A stretch of DNA of 64,000 bases, taken from contig JBFWNS010000001.1 in assembly GCA_050250935.1 (NCBI GenBank), positions 18,331-82,330 of the forward strand, read 5' to 3'. Under the pieces are notes generated by a model. The model saw only the letters and a list, made by a program, of their open reading frames with translations. It was not told the origin of the DNA and made no database searches. Source of the DNA: Candidatus Margulisiibacteriota bacterium. Its GTDB lineage: Bacteria; Margulisbacteria; Marinamargulisbacteria; JBFWNS01. Both the position numbers and the translations under genes were made by a program. Positions 10,695 to 19,929 of this stretch are shown piece by piece (within the stretch, counting starts at the first letter, position 1; every line of letters begins with the position of its first letter).

Positions 10695-11296
10695 CCTTCA
10701 TTTAAGCCTTCATCCGGGCGTTTAATAATAATGTGGGCACTTTGGAATTGATCAAAAAGTTCGGATATATGGCGGATATCGTTTCGGATATCTTGAACAT
10801 CCTTACTCAGTTGGGTAACTTTTCCCGAAATCAACATGTGATCAACTAAGTGATTAGCTTCAATAGTATCCATTCGAGATTCAATACGACCTACTGTCTC
10901 TTTCAACAAGGCATACTCGGGTTGAGCAGCAATGATCTGGCGAAGCTCAACAAAAGCTCGCATGATACGAATGTTGATTTCTACAGCAATATCGCTTCGG
11001 AGTATTCCGGATAACATTGCCACTCCCTGTTCAGTAAACGCATAAGGAAATGATCCTCCAAGGTGCTTTATCGAAGGTATCACATTTTGTGATACCATGT
11101 TTTCAGCCTCAGTTTCACTTAATTGAAACATAAAGTCAGTAGGAAACCTCTTGAGATTACGCTTCACTTGTTGTCTAAGAACGATAGGCTTTACCTGATA
11201 TAACTCGGCTAAGTCCCTGTCGAGCATAACCCGAACTCCACGAAGGGTATAAATCCGCGATTTTAAATCCTCAAAACTTGCCAATTCTTTACTCAT
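10691..11296 (-). CDS. ORF6N-domain DNA-binding protein
   Basis: VMLDRDLAELY, RFPTDFMFQL, PYAFTEQGVAMLS motifs; stop overlaps the recombinase start. Confidence 0.88.
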   Translation of the reverse strand: MSKELASFEDLKSRIYTLRGVRVMLDRDLAELYQVKPIVLRQQVKRNLKRFPTDFMFQLSETEAENMVSQNVIPSIKHLGGSFPYAFTEQGVAMLSGILRSDIAVEINIRIMRAFVELRQIIAAQPEYALLKETVGRIESRMDTIEANHLVDHMLISGKVTQLSKDVQDIRNDIRHISELFDQFQSAHIIIKRPDEGLNEG

Positions 11297-11486
11297 CTAT
11301 CAGCACCATTTTCTTACCTAAAACCTTTAACAGCACCTTCAGCTCCTTATAGCGCAAAGTCTCATTGGCAAGTTTTTTGTACAAGTTTGCTCTTGATTGC
11401 CCCATGGCATCCGCCACTTGCTCAAGCGTCATCCCCCGCTCTACAGCCATTCCTCGCACTTTGTTTTTGAATTCATTTTCAGTCAT
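11289..11486 (-). CDS. Small Cro/C1-type HTH protein
   Basis: MTENEFK...GMTLEQVADAMGQSRANLYKKL helix-turn-helix; start at internal ATG 11486. Confidence 0.7.
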   Translation of the reverse strand: MTENEFKNKVRGMAVERGMTLEQVADAMGQSRANLYKKLANETLRYKELKVLLKVLGKKMVLIDE

Positions 11487-11618
11487 TGTCACAAAGTAGC
11501 ATATTAGGGGCCGCTTTGGTAGTACGGTGAAACTTTTTTTATGTGTCGATGGCCGATATAATTGTTCGTATACTTCCTCTTGGCACCGGTGCATAAGATT
11601 AAAATAAGAGGGAGTCTT

Positions 11619-11747
11619 ATGCCCAAAAAGATACGTCTGAAAATGTCCAAAGGAGCATTCAAAATTTACTATGCAAAGGAGGTCGCCCGAATCAAAAAAC
11701 GCCTGCGTCAATTAGCGGGTAAAATTGCTGCAAGACGGCTTAAATAG
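11619..11747 (+). CDS. Small basic protein (42 aa)
   Basis: GAGGGAG RBS before ATG; MPKKIRLKMSKG...ARRLK. Confidence 0.4.
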   Translation: MPKKIRLKMSKGAFKIYYAKEVARIKKRLRQLAGKIAARRLK

Positions 11748-11803
11748 GTAATTGATCCGGGCGCCCTGATCCCAGTTATTTAAGTTGAATGAATTAATGG
11801 ACT

Positions 11804-12094
11804 TTAGTGATGTTCATGGTCTTTCTTTTCGGAAATCAGGGTTAGTGCTGTTTTTAACTTCAAAACATTGATTTTGCTCTCTTTAAGTTCCTTTTTCGCA
11901 ATGGTTTGGCCGAGATTGGTTTGAGCTTTTGCAAGGTAAACCCAAAGGTCATCCGTAGATTTGGATTGCAGCTCCTTAAGTTCCTTTTCGAGGATTTGTT
12001 GATCTGTAAGGTGAACATGACCTTCGTGAGCAAACGATGCCACTGGAAGAGCCAAAACGCCTATAGCTATAGCGATTAAAAAAATATTTTTCAT
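11804..12094 (-). CDS. Exported His-rich putative copper-binding protein
   Basis: Signal peptide ending ASFA, mature N-terminus HEGHVH, C-terminal DHEHH. Confidence 0.65.
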   Translation of the reverse strand: MKNIFLIAIAIGVLALPVASFAHEGHVHLTDQQILEKELKELQSKSTDDLWVYLAKAQTNLGQTIAKKELKESKINVLKLKTALTLISEKKDHEHH

Positions 12095-12117
12095 AAAAAA
12101 TCCTTTCAAAATATGGT

Positions 12118-12633
12118 TTATTTTCCAAAAATATCCTTCATTTCAGAAGGCGTGTCTTTTTGATCGAGTTCTTTTAGAAGCGGAGACATTGAATCTGGCT
12201 TTTCTATCCCAACACCGTGCTCGTACACCAACCTTCCTCCAAGGTGCGCTCCAAGCGACATTGTTAAAACGCCAGCTAGAAAAACACCCAAATAAATACC
12301 TTGAAGGAGCTTGTTAGGGGGCAATTTTCCCTTCCATAGAAATCTAGCTAGAAGTATTAAACAAAAAATACCTGTAGCCCAAAATCCCAATTGCTCGTGT
12401 CGATCAATTAATCCATATACTTCAGGTCCATGAGGCACTGTCCGGTGGGAAATCCATCCACTTAATGCTGCAAGCCCCATTGAAGGAACACCTATCCAAA
12501 GCCCCCATTTACTGATGGGCTCTAAAGCAGTTTTTTTAAAAACAATGCTAATTCCGTCACAAACGAAAGTGACAATAAGAATAGCAATTGGAAAATGAAC
12601 AATCATTGGGTGTATTTGATAAATAGGAATCAT
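12118..12633 (-). CDS. DUF2231-type membrane protein
   Basis: HPMIVHFPIA and GAHLGGRLVYEHGVG motifs, four TM segments. Confidence 0.8.
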   Translation of the reverse strand: MIPIYQIHPMIVHFPIAILIVTFVCDGISIVFKKTALEPISKWGLWIGVPSMGLAALSGWISHRTVPHGPEVYGLIDRHEQLGFWATGIFCLILLARFLWKGKLPPNKLLQGIYLGVFLAGVLTMSLGAHLGGRLVYEHGVGIEKPDSMSPLLKELDQKDTPSEMKDIFGK

Positions 12634-12643
12634 AAAAACCTCC

Positions 12644-13999
12644 TCAATGATGATGAGAATGCATGGGCTCTGTCTTTTTTAGAACCAAGGTCATTCCACA
12701 TTTAGGACAACTTCCAGGTTTGTCCTTCTGAATTTCGGGATGCATAGGGCAGGTATAGACCTTTTGGGCTTCGTTCGGAGTTGTATTCTCGGTTGGCGCA
12801 GTTTCACTGCCGATGGCTTCTGCTACGGTGCCTTTTGGATGCTGATACCAAACATCTTGCAAATGCCCCTTGTCTCGTACCTTCAGAATGGTGAACATTC
12901 CGCCCATGCCAATATCTCCAAAGGGACCGTCGCCTGCCATCATAGGCAGTGTGTTGTCGGGTCCAGGCATGTGTTTAGACATCATCGTCATTTCGTCCAT
13001 ACCATTTTCACCCATGGCCATATAGTCAGGAACTAGCTTCTGGATTTTTTCCTCCGTGCCACTTTGATCCACACCGATCATATTGGGCGACTCATGTCCC
13101 ATGGTGTTCATGGGGTGGTGACGTCTGTGACAATGTAAAGGCCAGTCCCCGGGGGCATCCGCAATAAACTCAACATCTCTGGTTTGTCCTGGAAACACGA
13201 CAACCGTGGTCTCAGGGTATCGTGCAGATTGGGGAACATCACCCCCGTCTGTGGCTACCATTTTGAAGGCATGTCCGTGCAGATGAATAGGATGAGATTC
13301 TTGGCCTACATTTCCAAATCGGATGCGGACTCGATCTCCAGTTTTAACAACCAACGGATCGGTAGCTGGAAAGACCTTGCTGTTGAAGGTAAAGATATTG
13401 AAATCGGACATTTTGCTTGGGTCTGGCCTTGATGTTCCTGCCGGTACATACCACTCGTTCAAAAAGATCACAAAATCTTTATCAATCTTTTGCTTTTCAA
13501 CCTTTGGATGCACGATTAAAAATCCCATTGTCCCTAGTCCCATTTGGACCATCTCGTCTCCATGGGAGTGGTACATAAAAGTTCCATGTTGTTTTAGGGT
13601 AAATTCGTAAGCAAAGGTTTCGCCTGGGGCTATCCCTTTTTGGGTCAATCCGGTTACGCCATCCATGCCATTGGGTAGAAAAACGCCATGCCAATGTACA
13701 GATGTCACCTCTTTTAGGTTGTTGGTCACTAAAATTCTGACGCGATCACCTTCTACAGCCTCAATAACAGGCCCTGGTGTAGACCCATTATATCCCCAAC
13801 ATTTTGCTTTCATTCCGGGAGCAAACTCGTGCTCAATTTCTTCTACAGTGAGGTGGAATTCTTTTACCCCATGAACCATTTTGTAGGACAACTTATGCCC
13901 GTTTGGAACTGTTACTGGGGTATAGCTCTGAGCAAAAATTGGCTGACTAACCAAAGCCAGACAACTCAGCAAAAAAAGAACAAATGTTTTTTTGATCAT
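12644..13999 (-). CDS. Multicopper oxidase with C-terminal heavy-metal-binding domain
   Basis: HWHG, MYHSH, HPIHLHGH, HCHRRHH copper ligands; YTCPMHP...CPKCGM domain; signal peptide. Confidence 0.93.
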   Translation of the reverse strand: MIKKTFVLFLLSCLALVSQPIFAQSYTPVTVPNGHKLSYKMVHGVKEFHLTVEEIEHEFAPGMKAKCWGYNGSTPGPVIEAVEGDRVRILVTNNLKEVTSVHWHGVFLPNGMDGVTGLTQKGIAPGETFAYEFTLKQHGTFMYHSHGDEMVQMGLGTMGFLIVHPKVEKQKIDKDFVIFLNEWYVPAGTSRPDPSKMSDFNIFTFNSKVFPATDPLVVKTGDRVRIRFGNVGQESHPIHLHGHAFKMVATDGGDVPQSARYPETTVVVFPGQTRDVEFIADAPGDWPLHCHRRHHPMNTMGHESPNMIGVDQSGTEEKIQKLVPDYMAMGENGMDEMTMMSKHMPGPDNTLPMMAGDGPFGDIGMGGMFTILKVRDKGHLQDVWYQHPKGTVAEAIGSETAPTENTTPNEAQKVYTCPMHPEIQKDKPGSCPKCGMTLVLKKTEPMHSHHH

Positions 14000-15345
14000 T
14001 GATTTTCTCCTTGTGATGGAATTTTCCCGCCCACTTCTTTTTCCAATTCAGCCCATGCCATCCAAAACTCTTCCAAATGGTGGACATACTCTTGCCTTGC
14101 TTTCAGTTCATCTTGTTTTGCCTGGATGAGGGTGTATACCCCTACTAGCATGTAGTTATAGTGCTGTTGGGTCAGCTCTGTTACACGTTGATGTGTGGGG
14201 ATCAGAACCTTTTTTGACCGGTCTATTTCCAGTAGATGATAATGAAGCTGGGCGATGATCTTACGGCTTGAATACTGAGCTCGACGTTGATGGGCCTCTA
14301 GTAGTGCAAATAATTGAGCTGTTACCGCTTTATGCTCTTTACTTGCCCATTGACCTTGGTTAAATAAGGGAATCCCGAACTCAATTTTGGGGCCAATCGA
14401 TTTTGTGCCATCAAATTCTTGCTCGTATTGAATTCCGGCTTTTAAACTCCCCAATTTGTTTTGCCACTCCAAAGCATCGAGTCGATTCTTTTCAGAGTCT
14501 AATCTGGCTCGCAATGAAGCCAAATCTGGCCTTTGAGTTTCGATTAGCTTGTCTACTTCATCAGGCGATGGAATCTGGGGCAAAGCTTCCGAAAGAGACC
14601 CTGTAACGGTCCATTCCGTCTGCCCTGGGTCCAAGCCCATTATGTCTTGCAATTGAAGCTTTGACTCTTGAACCATTAAATCGGTCTTATGTTGAGCTGC
14701 CAATGCATCTTGATATTCTGCCTCATTGGTTTTGAGTTGCAATTCACTAATGTTGCCAGCAACAAACTGTTTTTGAGTAAGTTCAAAAGTGGCTTTTGCA
14801 GCTTCAGTGAAATCAAGCTGAATGTTCCAGATATCCTGAATGGCTTGATAACCCACCAACGCCTTTTTGGCCTTCTCACATTGTTCCAAAAGAGTTTCCG
14901 AAAAAGCCAATTTATCCGCTTCGAATTGTGTGTCAGCGGCACGGCTCTGCATTGGCACAATCAGAAGCTTAAGAAGATCTTGCTCTAAGCTTATGTCAAT
15001 CTTGGAGCCCTGACTTTGTGGCAAAACACTTGCCCCCAACACAGGATTTTCAATCGAGACATTACCCAAATATGCTGATTTACGTGCCCACAGTTCCTGA
15101 AACCCTGCCTTCAAGTCAGGCGATTGTATAAAACTGAGCTTGAGAACGGTTTCTTCAGTAAGTGGTTTGGATAGGTACTCTTGAACTATTTTTTGGCGTG
15201 CTTCTGGCGTCATCTTTAGATAGTCATCAATGGCTTGAAAGTTTGTTTCATTTGCAAAGATAACCCCTTGCCATAAAACACTCAGCCCAAAGATAACCCC
15301 CCAAATTTTTATCTGGCGCTTAATCTTGAAAAACAAAGAAGTCAT
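13996..15345 (-). CDS. TolC-family outer membrane protein (copper resistance-associated)
   Basis: RPDL, IPLFNQGQ motifs, helical repeats; translationally coupled to the oxidase. Confidence 0.85.
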   Translation of the reverse strand: MTSLFFKIKRQIKIWGVIFGLSVLWQGVIFANETNFQAIDDYLKMTPEARQKIVQEYLSKPLTEETVLKLSFIQSPDLKAGFQELWARKSAYLGNVSIENPVLGASVLPQSQGSKIDISLEQDLLKLLIVPMQSRAADTQFEADKLAFSETLLEQCEKAKKALVGYQAIQDIWNIQLDFTEAAKATFELTQKQFVAGNISELQLKTNEAEYQDALAAQHKTDLMVQESKLQLQDIMGLDPGQTEWTVTGSLSEALPQIPSPDEVDKLIETQRPDLASLRARLDSEKNRLDALEWQNKLGSLKAGIQYEQEFDGTKSIGPKIEFGIPLFNQGQWASKEHKAVTAQLFALLEAHQRRAQYSSRKIIAQLHYHLLEIDRSKKVLIPTHQRVTELTQQHYNYMLVGVYTLIQAKQDELKARQEYVHHLEEFWMAWAELEKEVGGKIPSQGENQ

Positions 15346-15488
15346 AGCTCATCTCCTTGTGCCGGAGCAGCATGGGCGTAGTGCCCTATAAAACTTATAT
15401 AGAGTTGAAAATAATTTTTTCATAAAACCTCCTATGAGAAACGCGGATAAAATGAATGCTTTTTTCAAAGCAAATGGAGGTTAAAGAA

Positions 15489-15842
15489 TCAACATTGAAG
15501 GCGGATGGGTTTTAGAAGAATTAAGTGTCCAGGAGGCAGGTACTCGCTGGCTTGATGCGAAAAGAAATAGACTGTAACTGGGGGGGAAGTGACCGGAGTT
15601 GTAAAAATGAAAGTGCTGACAAAATCAAGTTGAGGGAAGTGGATGGGATCAGGGAGTAGAGATTCTTTATGTGAATTACAGGATAAATTGCATTTTTCAG
15701 CCTGAGAGTGATCTGATTTTGTCTTGCAGCAGTCATGTTGCGTTGAGGTGGCCCGCAACTCTTGTGCCATGCAAATGCTTGGACATACGGTGGCAAACGC
15801 AAGAGCGATCAAGCATAAAAAGGTTACAAGACGCTTAATCAC
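15489..15842 (-). CDS. Cys/His-rich exported protein typical of metal-resistance operon leaders
   Basis: Signal-like N-terminus, HDCC...HSQAEKC...C cluster, C-terminal PP motif. Confidence 0.6.
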   Translation of the reverse strand: MIKRLVTFLCLIALAFATVCPSICMAQELRATSTQHDCCKTKSDHSQAEKCNLSCNSHKESLLPDPIHFPQLDFVSTFIFTTPVTSPPVTVYFFSHQASEYLPPGHLILLKPIRLQC

Positions 15843-15843
15843 T

Positions 15844-16272
15844 TTAAGAAAATCCTTTCACAACAGCTTCAACGGACTTTAATGCTTGGTCCAACTTCTT
15901 TTTATCCATCTTTGATAGCATGCCTAAGGCGTTGAGCATCTCTTGTCGGGTTATAACATCGACAACATTTTTATCAAACATCGGAGATACCAGTCCTCGG
16001 AGCATAGTATCTATCCTGTCTATATCATCTTCAGTTAAGGATGCCGCAGCATAAAGAGATTGTCTGTCCTGCTCTGATAATTCCAAAACCATGCAAATTT
16101 TTGCAAGCGTTTTAGACCCAGGCTTATTGGGCGATTTAGGGTCTTCATATTTAATCGCAGAGGTAGGTGAAACCCCTATCATAGTCGCTAGCTGGCTCTT
16201 ATTAAGCCCTTTGCGTTCTCTGAATGACCGGAGAAGGTTTATAAATTCTGTCTTGAATTGGTTACTGTTCAC
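15844..16272 (-). CDS. Prophage repressor (CI-like XRE HTH)
   Basis: LRSFRERKGLNKSQLATMIGVSPTSAIKYE HTH, divergent from a cro-like gene; no S24 peptidase domain evident. Confidence 0.8.
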   Translation of the reverse strand: MNSNQFKTEFINLLRSFRERKGLNKSQLATMIGVSPTSAIKYEDPKSPNKPGSKTLAKICMVLELSEQDRQSLYAAASLTEDDIDRIDTMLRGLVSPMFDKNVVDVITRQEMLNALGMLSKMDKKKLDQALKSVEAVVKGFS

Positions 16273-16278
16273 AGTAGC

Positions 16279-16343
16279 ATTATACCTTCATATCCTGTAA
16301 TTGTGGAAACAATGTTTGACAGTATATGATATCAGGGTATAAT
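16279..16343. promoter_or_regulatory. Divergent cI/cro promoters within a 16-bp inverted repeat
   Basis: TTGACA(16316)-16 nt-TATAAT(16338) on plus; TATAAT on minus at 16284-16279; 16279-16294 and 16328-16343 are inverted, 14/16 identical. Confidence 0.8.
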
Positions 16344-16351
16344 ACCTCTGT

Positions 16352-16636
16352 ATGGTCAAATCATCGATTACATTTAACACGGATCTATTGAGGACCCTGA
16401 TTGAAAAAAAGAACGGGTCAATTGTTGCGTTTGCCAAAGACCTTACCAGCTACGGCTATCCTGTTACAAGGCAGGCTGTTCAATTGTGGCTGATTGGGAG
16501 AAAGCCCTGCGTGGATGCTCTTCTTCATTTATCAGAATATTTTAACGAGCCTATAAAAAAATTTCTCATAATAAGTGATATGGCATCATATCATAAATTA
16601 TCAAAGGGTGAGTTTCCGGGGGATTCAAATGAGTAA
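16352..16636 (+). CDS. Cro-like HTH protein
   Basis: FAKDL...VTRQAVQLWLIGRKP HTH; first gene of the rightward operon. Confidence 0.7.
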   Translation: MVKSSITFNTDLLRTLIEKKNGSIVAFAKDLTSYGYPVTRQAVQLWLIGRKPCVDALLHLSEYFNEPIKKFLIISDMASYHKLSKGEFPGDSNE

Positions 16637-16850
16637 TTTCAAAGTGAGAGAGGCTTCAAAAGCAATTTCTCCACAAGCTGAGCTTCAATTCCAAATCGCC
16701 GAATGGATGCGCGTCTGGAATCGAATTTTGCAAAACCAACCCGAGCTTAGAAGCCTTGTGAAAGACACACCTATTTCATCCGCAAGTGTGTCCTTCAGAG
16801 GGCTTAAAAGCAAGGCTCTCAAACACGAAAAAAAGGAGGTGAAGGTGTGA
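16629..16850 (+). CDS. Phage hypothetical protein
   Basis: ATG overlapping the cro end; coupled to the next gene. Confidence 0.5.
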   Translation: MSNFKVREASKAISPQAELQFQIAEWMRVWNRILQNQPELRSLVKDTPISSASVSFRGLKSKALKHEKKEVKV

Positions 16851-17116
16851 TTGTTCGATGTGCTTGGTGTAAACGGATTCAAGGGGTTAAAAGACCGTTT
16901 TTTAACTGCTCCGTTACACACGGCATTTGTAAGGGGTGCTCCTTAAAGGAAATCGAAAAATCTTTGAGGGATAGCAAGTTAAAGGGGCTTGTATTGTCGA
17001 AGTTAAGAAATAAAAAAGCCCGCTGTGTCGCTAAACGTAACGGGCTTAAAAATCACAAAAGGAGTGATTCAAATGTTAATGATAGCAAATACATCTCTGA
17101 ACTTAAAGTTTGTTAA
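16847..17116 (+). CDS. Small phage zinc-finger protein
   Basis: CAWC...THGICKGC; AGGAGG RBS. Confidence 0.6.
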   Translation: MIVRCAWCKRIQGVKRPFFNCSVTHGICKGCSLKEIEKSLRDSKLKGLVLSKLRNKKARCVAKRNGLKNHKRSDSNVNDSKYISELKVC

Positions 17117-17302
17117 AAAGGTGGGTAATTTTTCTATGCAAAATAAGGGATTGATTATGAAGGCGTATCCGTGGATAAGGGGCAAAAATTTGAAACGGCT
17201 TTGCGACAAAATCGACCTTTACGTTTCATTGGAAAAAGGAAACGACACATCGGCATTGGAATTTTTAAAAGGGAGAGTCTTCGGACTTCTGGGGGCACAT
17301 TA

Positions 17303-17542
17303 ATGCAAGACCAACACTCCGAGGCAGCCAAGTTTCTGGAAACCAATTTAAACAAAGCGAACTTCACCTTTTTCTTAAGAGAACGCCTCCGGGTATTGGA
17401 GCAAGTCGTAGCTGATGCCAAATTACGAAGTGATCCAAATGTCCCACCAAACCCCAATAAGGAGTATTGGATTTTGCAGGGGCAAATTGTTGAGATCAAT
17501 TACATGCTTATTCTGGTAAACAGATCCTCGGGAGGACTTTGA
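17303..17542 (+). CDS. Phage hypothetical protein
   Basis: MQDQHSEAA... coupled to the replication gene. Confidence 0.5.
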   Translation: MQDQHSEAAKFLETNLNKANFTFFLRERLRVLEQVVADAKLRSDPNVPPNPNKEYWILQGQIVEINYMLILVNRSSGGL

Positions 17543-18606
17543 TGGCTCGCCAGCGCATTATAAAGCCTGAATTCTGGACAAATGAGCGTGTCGTAGACTG
17601 TTCGCCGACAAGTCGCCTACTGTTCATCGGATTATGGAATTTTTCCGATGACGGAGGAGTGCATCCGGCCTCACTGAAAACATTGAAGATGCAAATCTTT
17701 CCTGGTGATGACTACACGTCGGAGGATATTCGGCGAATGGTCGACGAACTGTTGGCGAATGGGCTTGTCATTGAGTATGAAGTCGGTGGCCGTGCCTATT
17801 GGAAAGTCACGGGATGGGACCATCAAAAAATTGAGTATCCGACCTACATGTACCCTAACCCAGACGGCATTATTCCTAAATCTCCGCCGAGAGGTAAGCG
17901 ACGTGTCGGCGACAATTCAGAGTCTCGTCGCTATCACGATGGCGACAAGTCGGAATCGGGTCAAAGACCTGTCGTCCCTAAGTTAAATAAGCAAAGCCAA
18001 GCTAAAGCTGCTTTATCTTCCACTACCGTTACAGATAAAGCAGCGGCAGCAGGCCCCCTAAGTCCCCCAACGGGGGAGCCTGCCGCTGCTGCTCTTTCCG
18101 AAATTGAAGTTCAAAAAATAATCGACAAGGTCGTTGAGATTCGGGTCAAACGTTCCAAGAAAAACGGGAAGCCCGTTAAAAGCCCCGCGACACTACGAGG
18201 CACCTTGGTAGACGCCTTGGCACAAAATCCTTTGGAGCTTAATGCCTGGCTTGAGCAGATTGCCGAAGATGAACAAAAAACCGAAGAAGAAAAAATACGC
18301 CAAGAAGAGCTTCAAAAACGCTTTGAAGAGGAATCTCGCCTGGAGGAAGAGCAACGGCGCGAGAAAGCCAGGATCAACCAGGGCATGAAGGTTTTTGAGT
18401 CTTTGTCCGAAGAAGAGAAAGCCGAGCTAGGCCAAACCGCAGAAGACATGGAGCTAAGGGCCCTGGATCCTGAGATCCGAGAAAAAGGTATTAAGCCTTT
18501 CCGAGTGACTATTGAGCGGCGAATTGTACGGCTACTGGAAGAGCAAGGCTATTTGGAAAATGAGGAAACCCTCATTTCCTCATCTAATCAGGGAGGAGAG
18601 TCGTAA
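17542..18606 (+). CDS. Phage replication initiator protein
   Basis: MARQRIIKPEFW...LLFIGLWNFSDDGG N-terminus typical of phage replisome organisers. Confidence 0.78.
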   Translation: MARQRIIKPEFWTNERVVDCSPTSRLLFIGLWNFSDDGGVHPASLKTLKMQIFPGDDYTSEDIRRMVDELLANGLVIEYEVGGRAYWKVTGWDHQKIEYPTYMYPNPDGIIPKSPPRGKRRVGDNSESRRYHDGDKSESGQRPVVPKLNKQSQAKAALSSTTVTDKAAAAGPLSPPTGEPAAAALSEIEVQKIIDKVVEIRVKRSKKNGKPVKSPATLRGTLVDALAQNPLELNAWLEQIAEDEQKTEEEKIRQEELQKRFEEESRLEEEQRREKARINQGMKVFESLSEEEKAELGQTAEDMELRALDPEIREKGIKPFRVTIERRIVRLLEEQGYLENEETLISSSNQGGES

Positions 18607-19238
18607 TGAAAACCATTGCGGTGTTAAGTCAAAAAGGCGGAGCTGGAAAGACGACTATCAGTATCAATTTGGCCGATGCTTTATTTCGTCGGGGGCTGAA
18701 GGTTTTATTGGTGGATTCTGATCCTCAAGGCAGTAGTCGTGATTGGCGGGAAACAAATCTTGACGGGAAAATCCCAGTGCTGGGGCTGGATCGTGAATCT
18801 TTGGCATCCGACATCAAGGCAGTCGATAGCAACTACGACATTGTGATTATTGATGGTGCGCCAAGAGTGGCAAAACTGAGTTCGGCAGCAATTCGGGTAG
18901 CAAATCTTGTTTTGATACCGGTTCAACCTTCACCTATGGATATTTGGGCTTGCGCTGAATTGGTAGACACGGTTATAGCCCGTCGGGAAGTCGCCGATGG
19001 TCTTCCGGCTGCCTATTTTGTTGTGAGTAGAGCCATCAAAAATACCAAGCTAAGCAAACAGGTAACCACTGCGGTCAAAGAATATGGCTTGGATGTTCTG
19101 AAGAGCCGTACGACAAACCGAATTTCATACCCAAGTACCGCCTCGGAAGGAAAGACTGTTTTTGATTCCGATGATGAGGTGGCAAAGGCAGAAATAGACG
19201 CTTTGGCCGATGAAGTATTGGAGATTATCCATGCTTAA
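18606..19238 (+). CDS. parA: ParA-family partition ATPase (short, ParF-like)
   Basis: Deviant Walker A KGGAGKTT, DSDPQGS, IIDGAP, IPVQPS. Confidence 0.9.
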   Translation: MKTIAVLSQKGGAGKTTISINLADALFRRGLKVLLVDSDPQGSSRDWRETNLDGKIPVLGLDRESLASDIKAVDSNYDIVIIDGAPRVAKLSSAAIRVANLVLIPVQPSPMDIWACAELVDTVIARREVADGLPAAYFVVSRAIKNTKLSKQVTTAVKEYGLDVLKSRTTNRISYPSTASEGKTVFDSDDEVAKAEIDALADEVLEIIHA

Positions 19239-19443
19239 AGCCAAGGTTCATCGCCGTTCAAACGATTTTCATGCCGAAGCTTTGGCTGAAGTGCGAAAAA
19301 CGGAGCTTCATCGGATGAATATCGATATTCCGGTTGAAACCTTCAAAAAATTGAAGGCCAAAATCATTTTAGAGGGTCGGTATAAGTCTGTAAGTCACGC
19401 AGTAAAAATGTGGGTAGATGCCTACCTCAAGGATGGCAAGTGA
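19231..19443 (+). CDS. Ribbon-helix-helix partition partner (ParG-like)
   Basis: RMNIDIPVETFKKLK...SVSHAVK RHH pattern directly after parA. Confidence 0.65.
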   Translation: MLKAKVHRRSNDFHAEALAEVRKTELHRMNIDIPVETFKKLKAKIILEGRYKSVSHAVKMWVDAYLKDGK

Positions 19444-19841
19444 TGAGTGGCAATATAAAAAATTCAAATCGGATGTCATCTGCTGAATTCAGAAAAATCA
19501 CGAAACATCGGAGACCTTTATCCGAAGATTTTATTCAAGCTTTGAACCTATTTGGTGGATCTGAGTTGAAAGGATTTGAGCAGGAATATCGTTTTTACTC
19601 TCTCAGAAAGTGGCGATTTGACTTTGCTTGGCCGACTCACAAAGTAGCAGTCGAATGTGACGGCATGGTTTGGCAGGCTGGCGGCGGACGGCACAACACC
19701 GATGCGGACAGAGAAAAGATAAACACTGCTGCTCTATTGGGGTGGCGTGTTTTGCGTTTCAGCGGCAATCAAATCAGAAGCGATCCCATAGGTTGTATAG
19801 AAATACTCAAAAAAACATTGAAGGGAGATGCGAACAAATGA
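19443..19841 (+). CDS. Vsr/DUF559-like PD-(D/E)xK endonuclease
   Basis: EYRF...KWRFDFAWP...VAVECDG...GWRVLRF. Confidence 0.8.
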   Translation: MSGNIKNSNRMSSAEFRKITKHRRPLSEDFIQALNLFGGSELKGFEQEYRFYSLRKWRFDFAWPTHKVAVECDGMVWQAGGGRHNTDADREKINTAALLGWRVLRFSGNQIRSDPIGCIEILKKTLKGDANK

Positions 19842-19929
19842 GCTCAAGTTGCTGTCACGCACGAACAAAAATAAACAAAAAGGGTGTAGTCATCTGCTTA
19901 GCATGCCAACAACCTTGCAGGAGGGTTAA

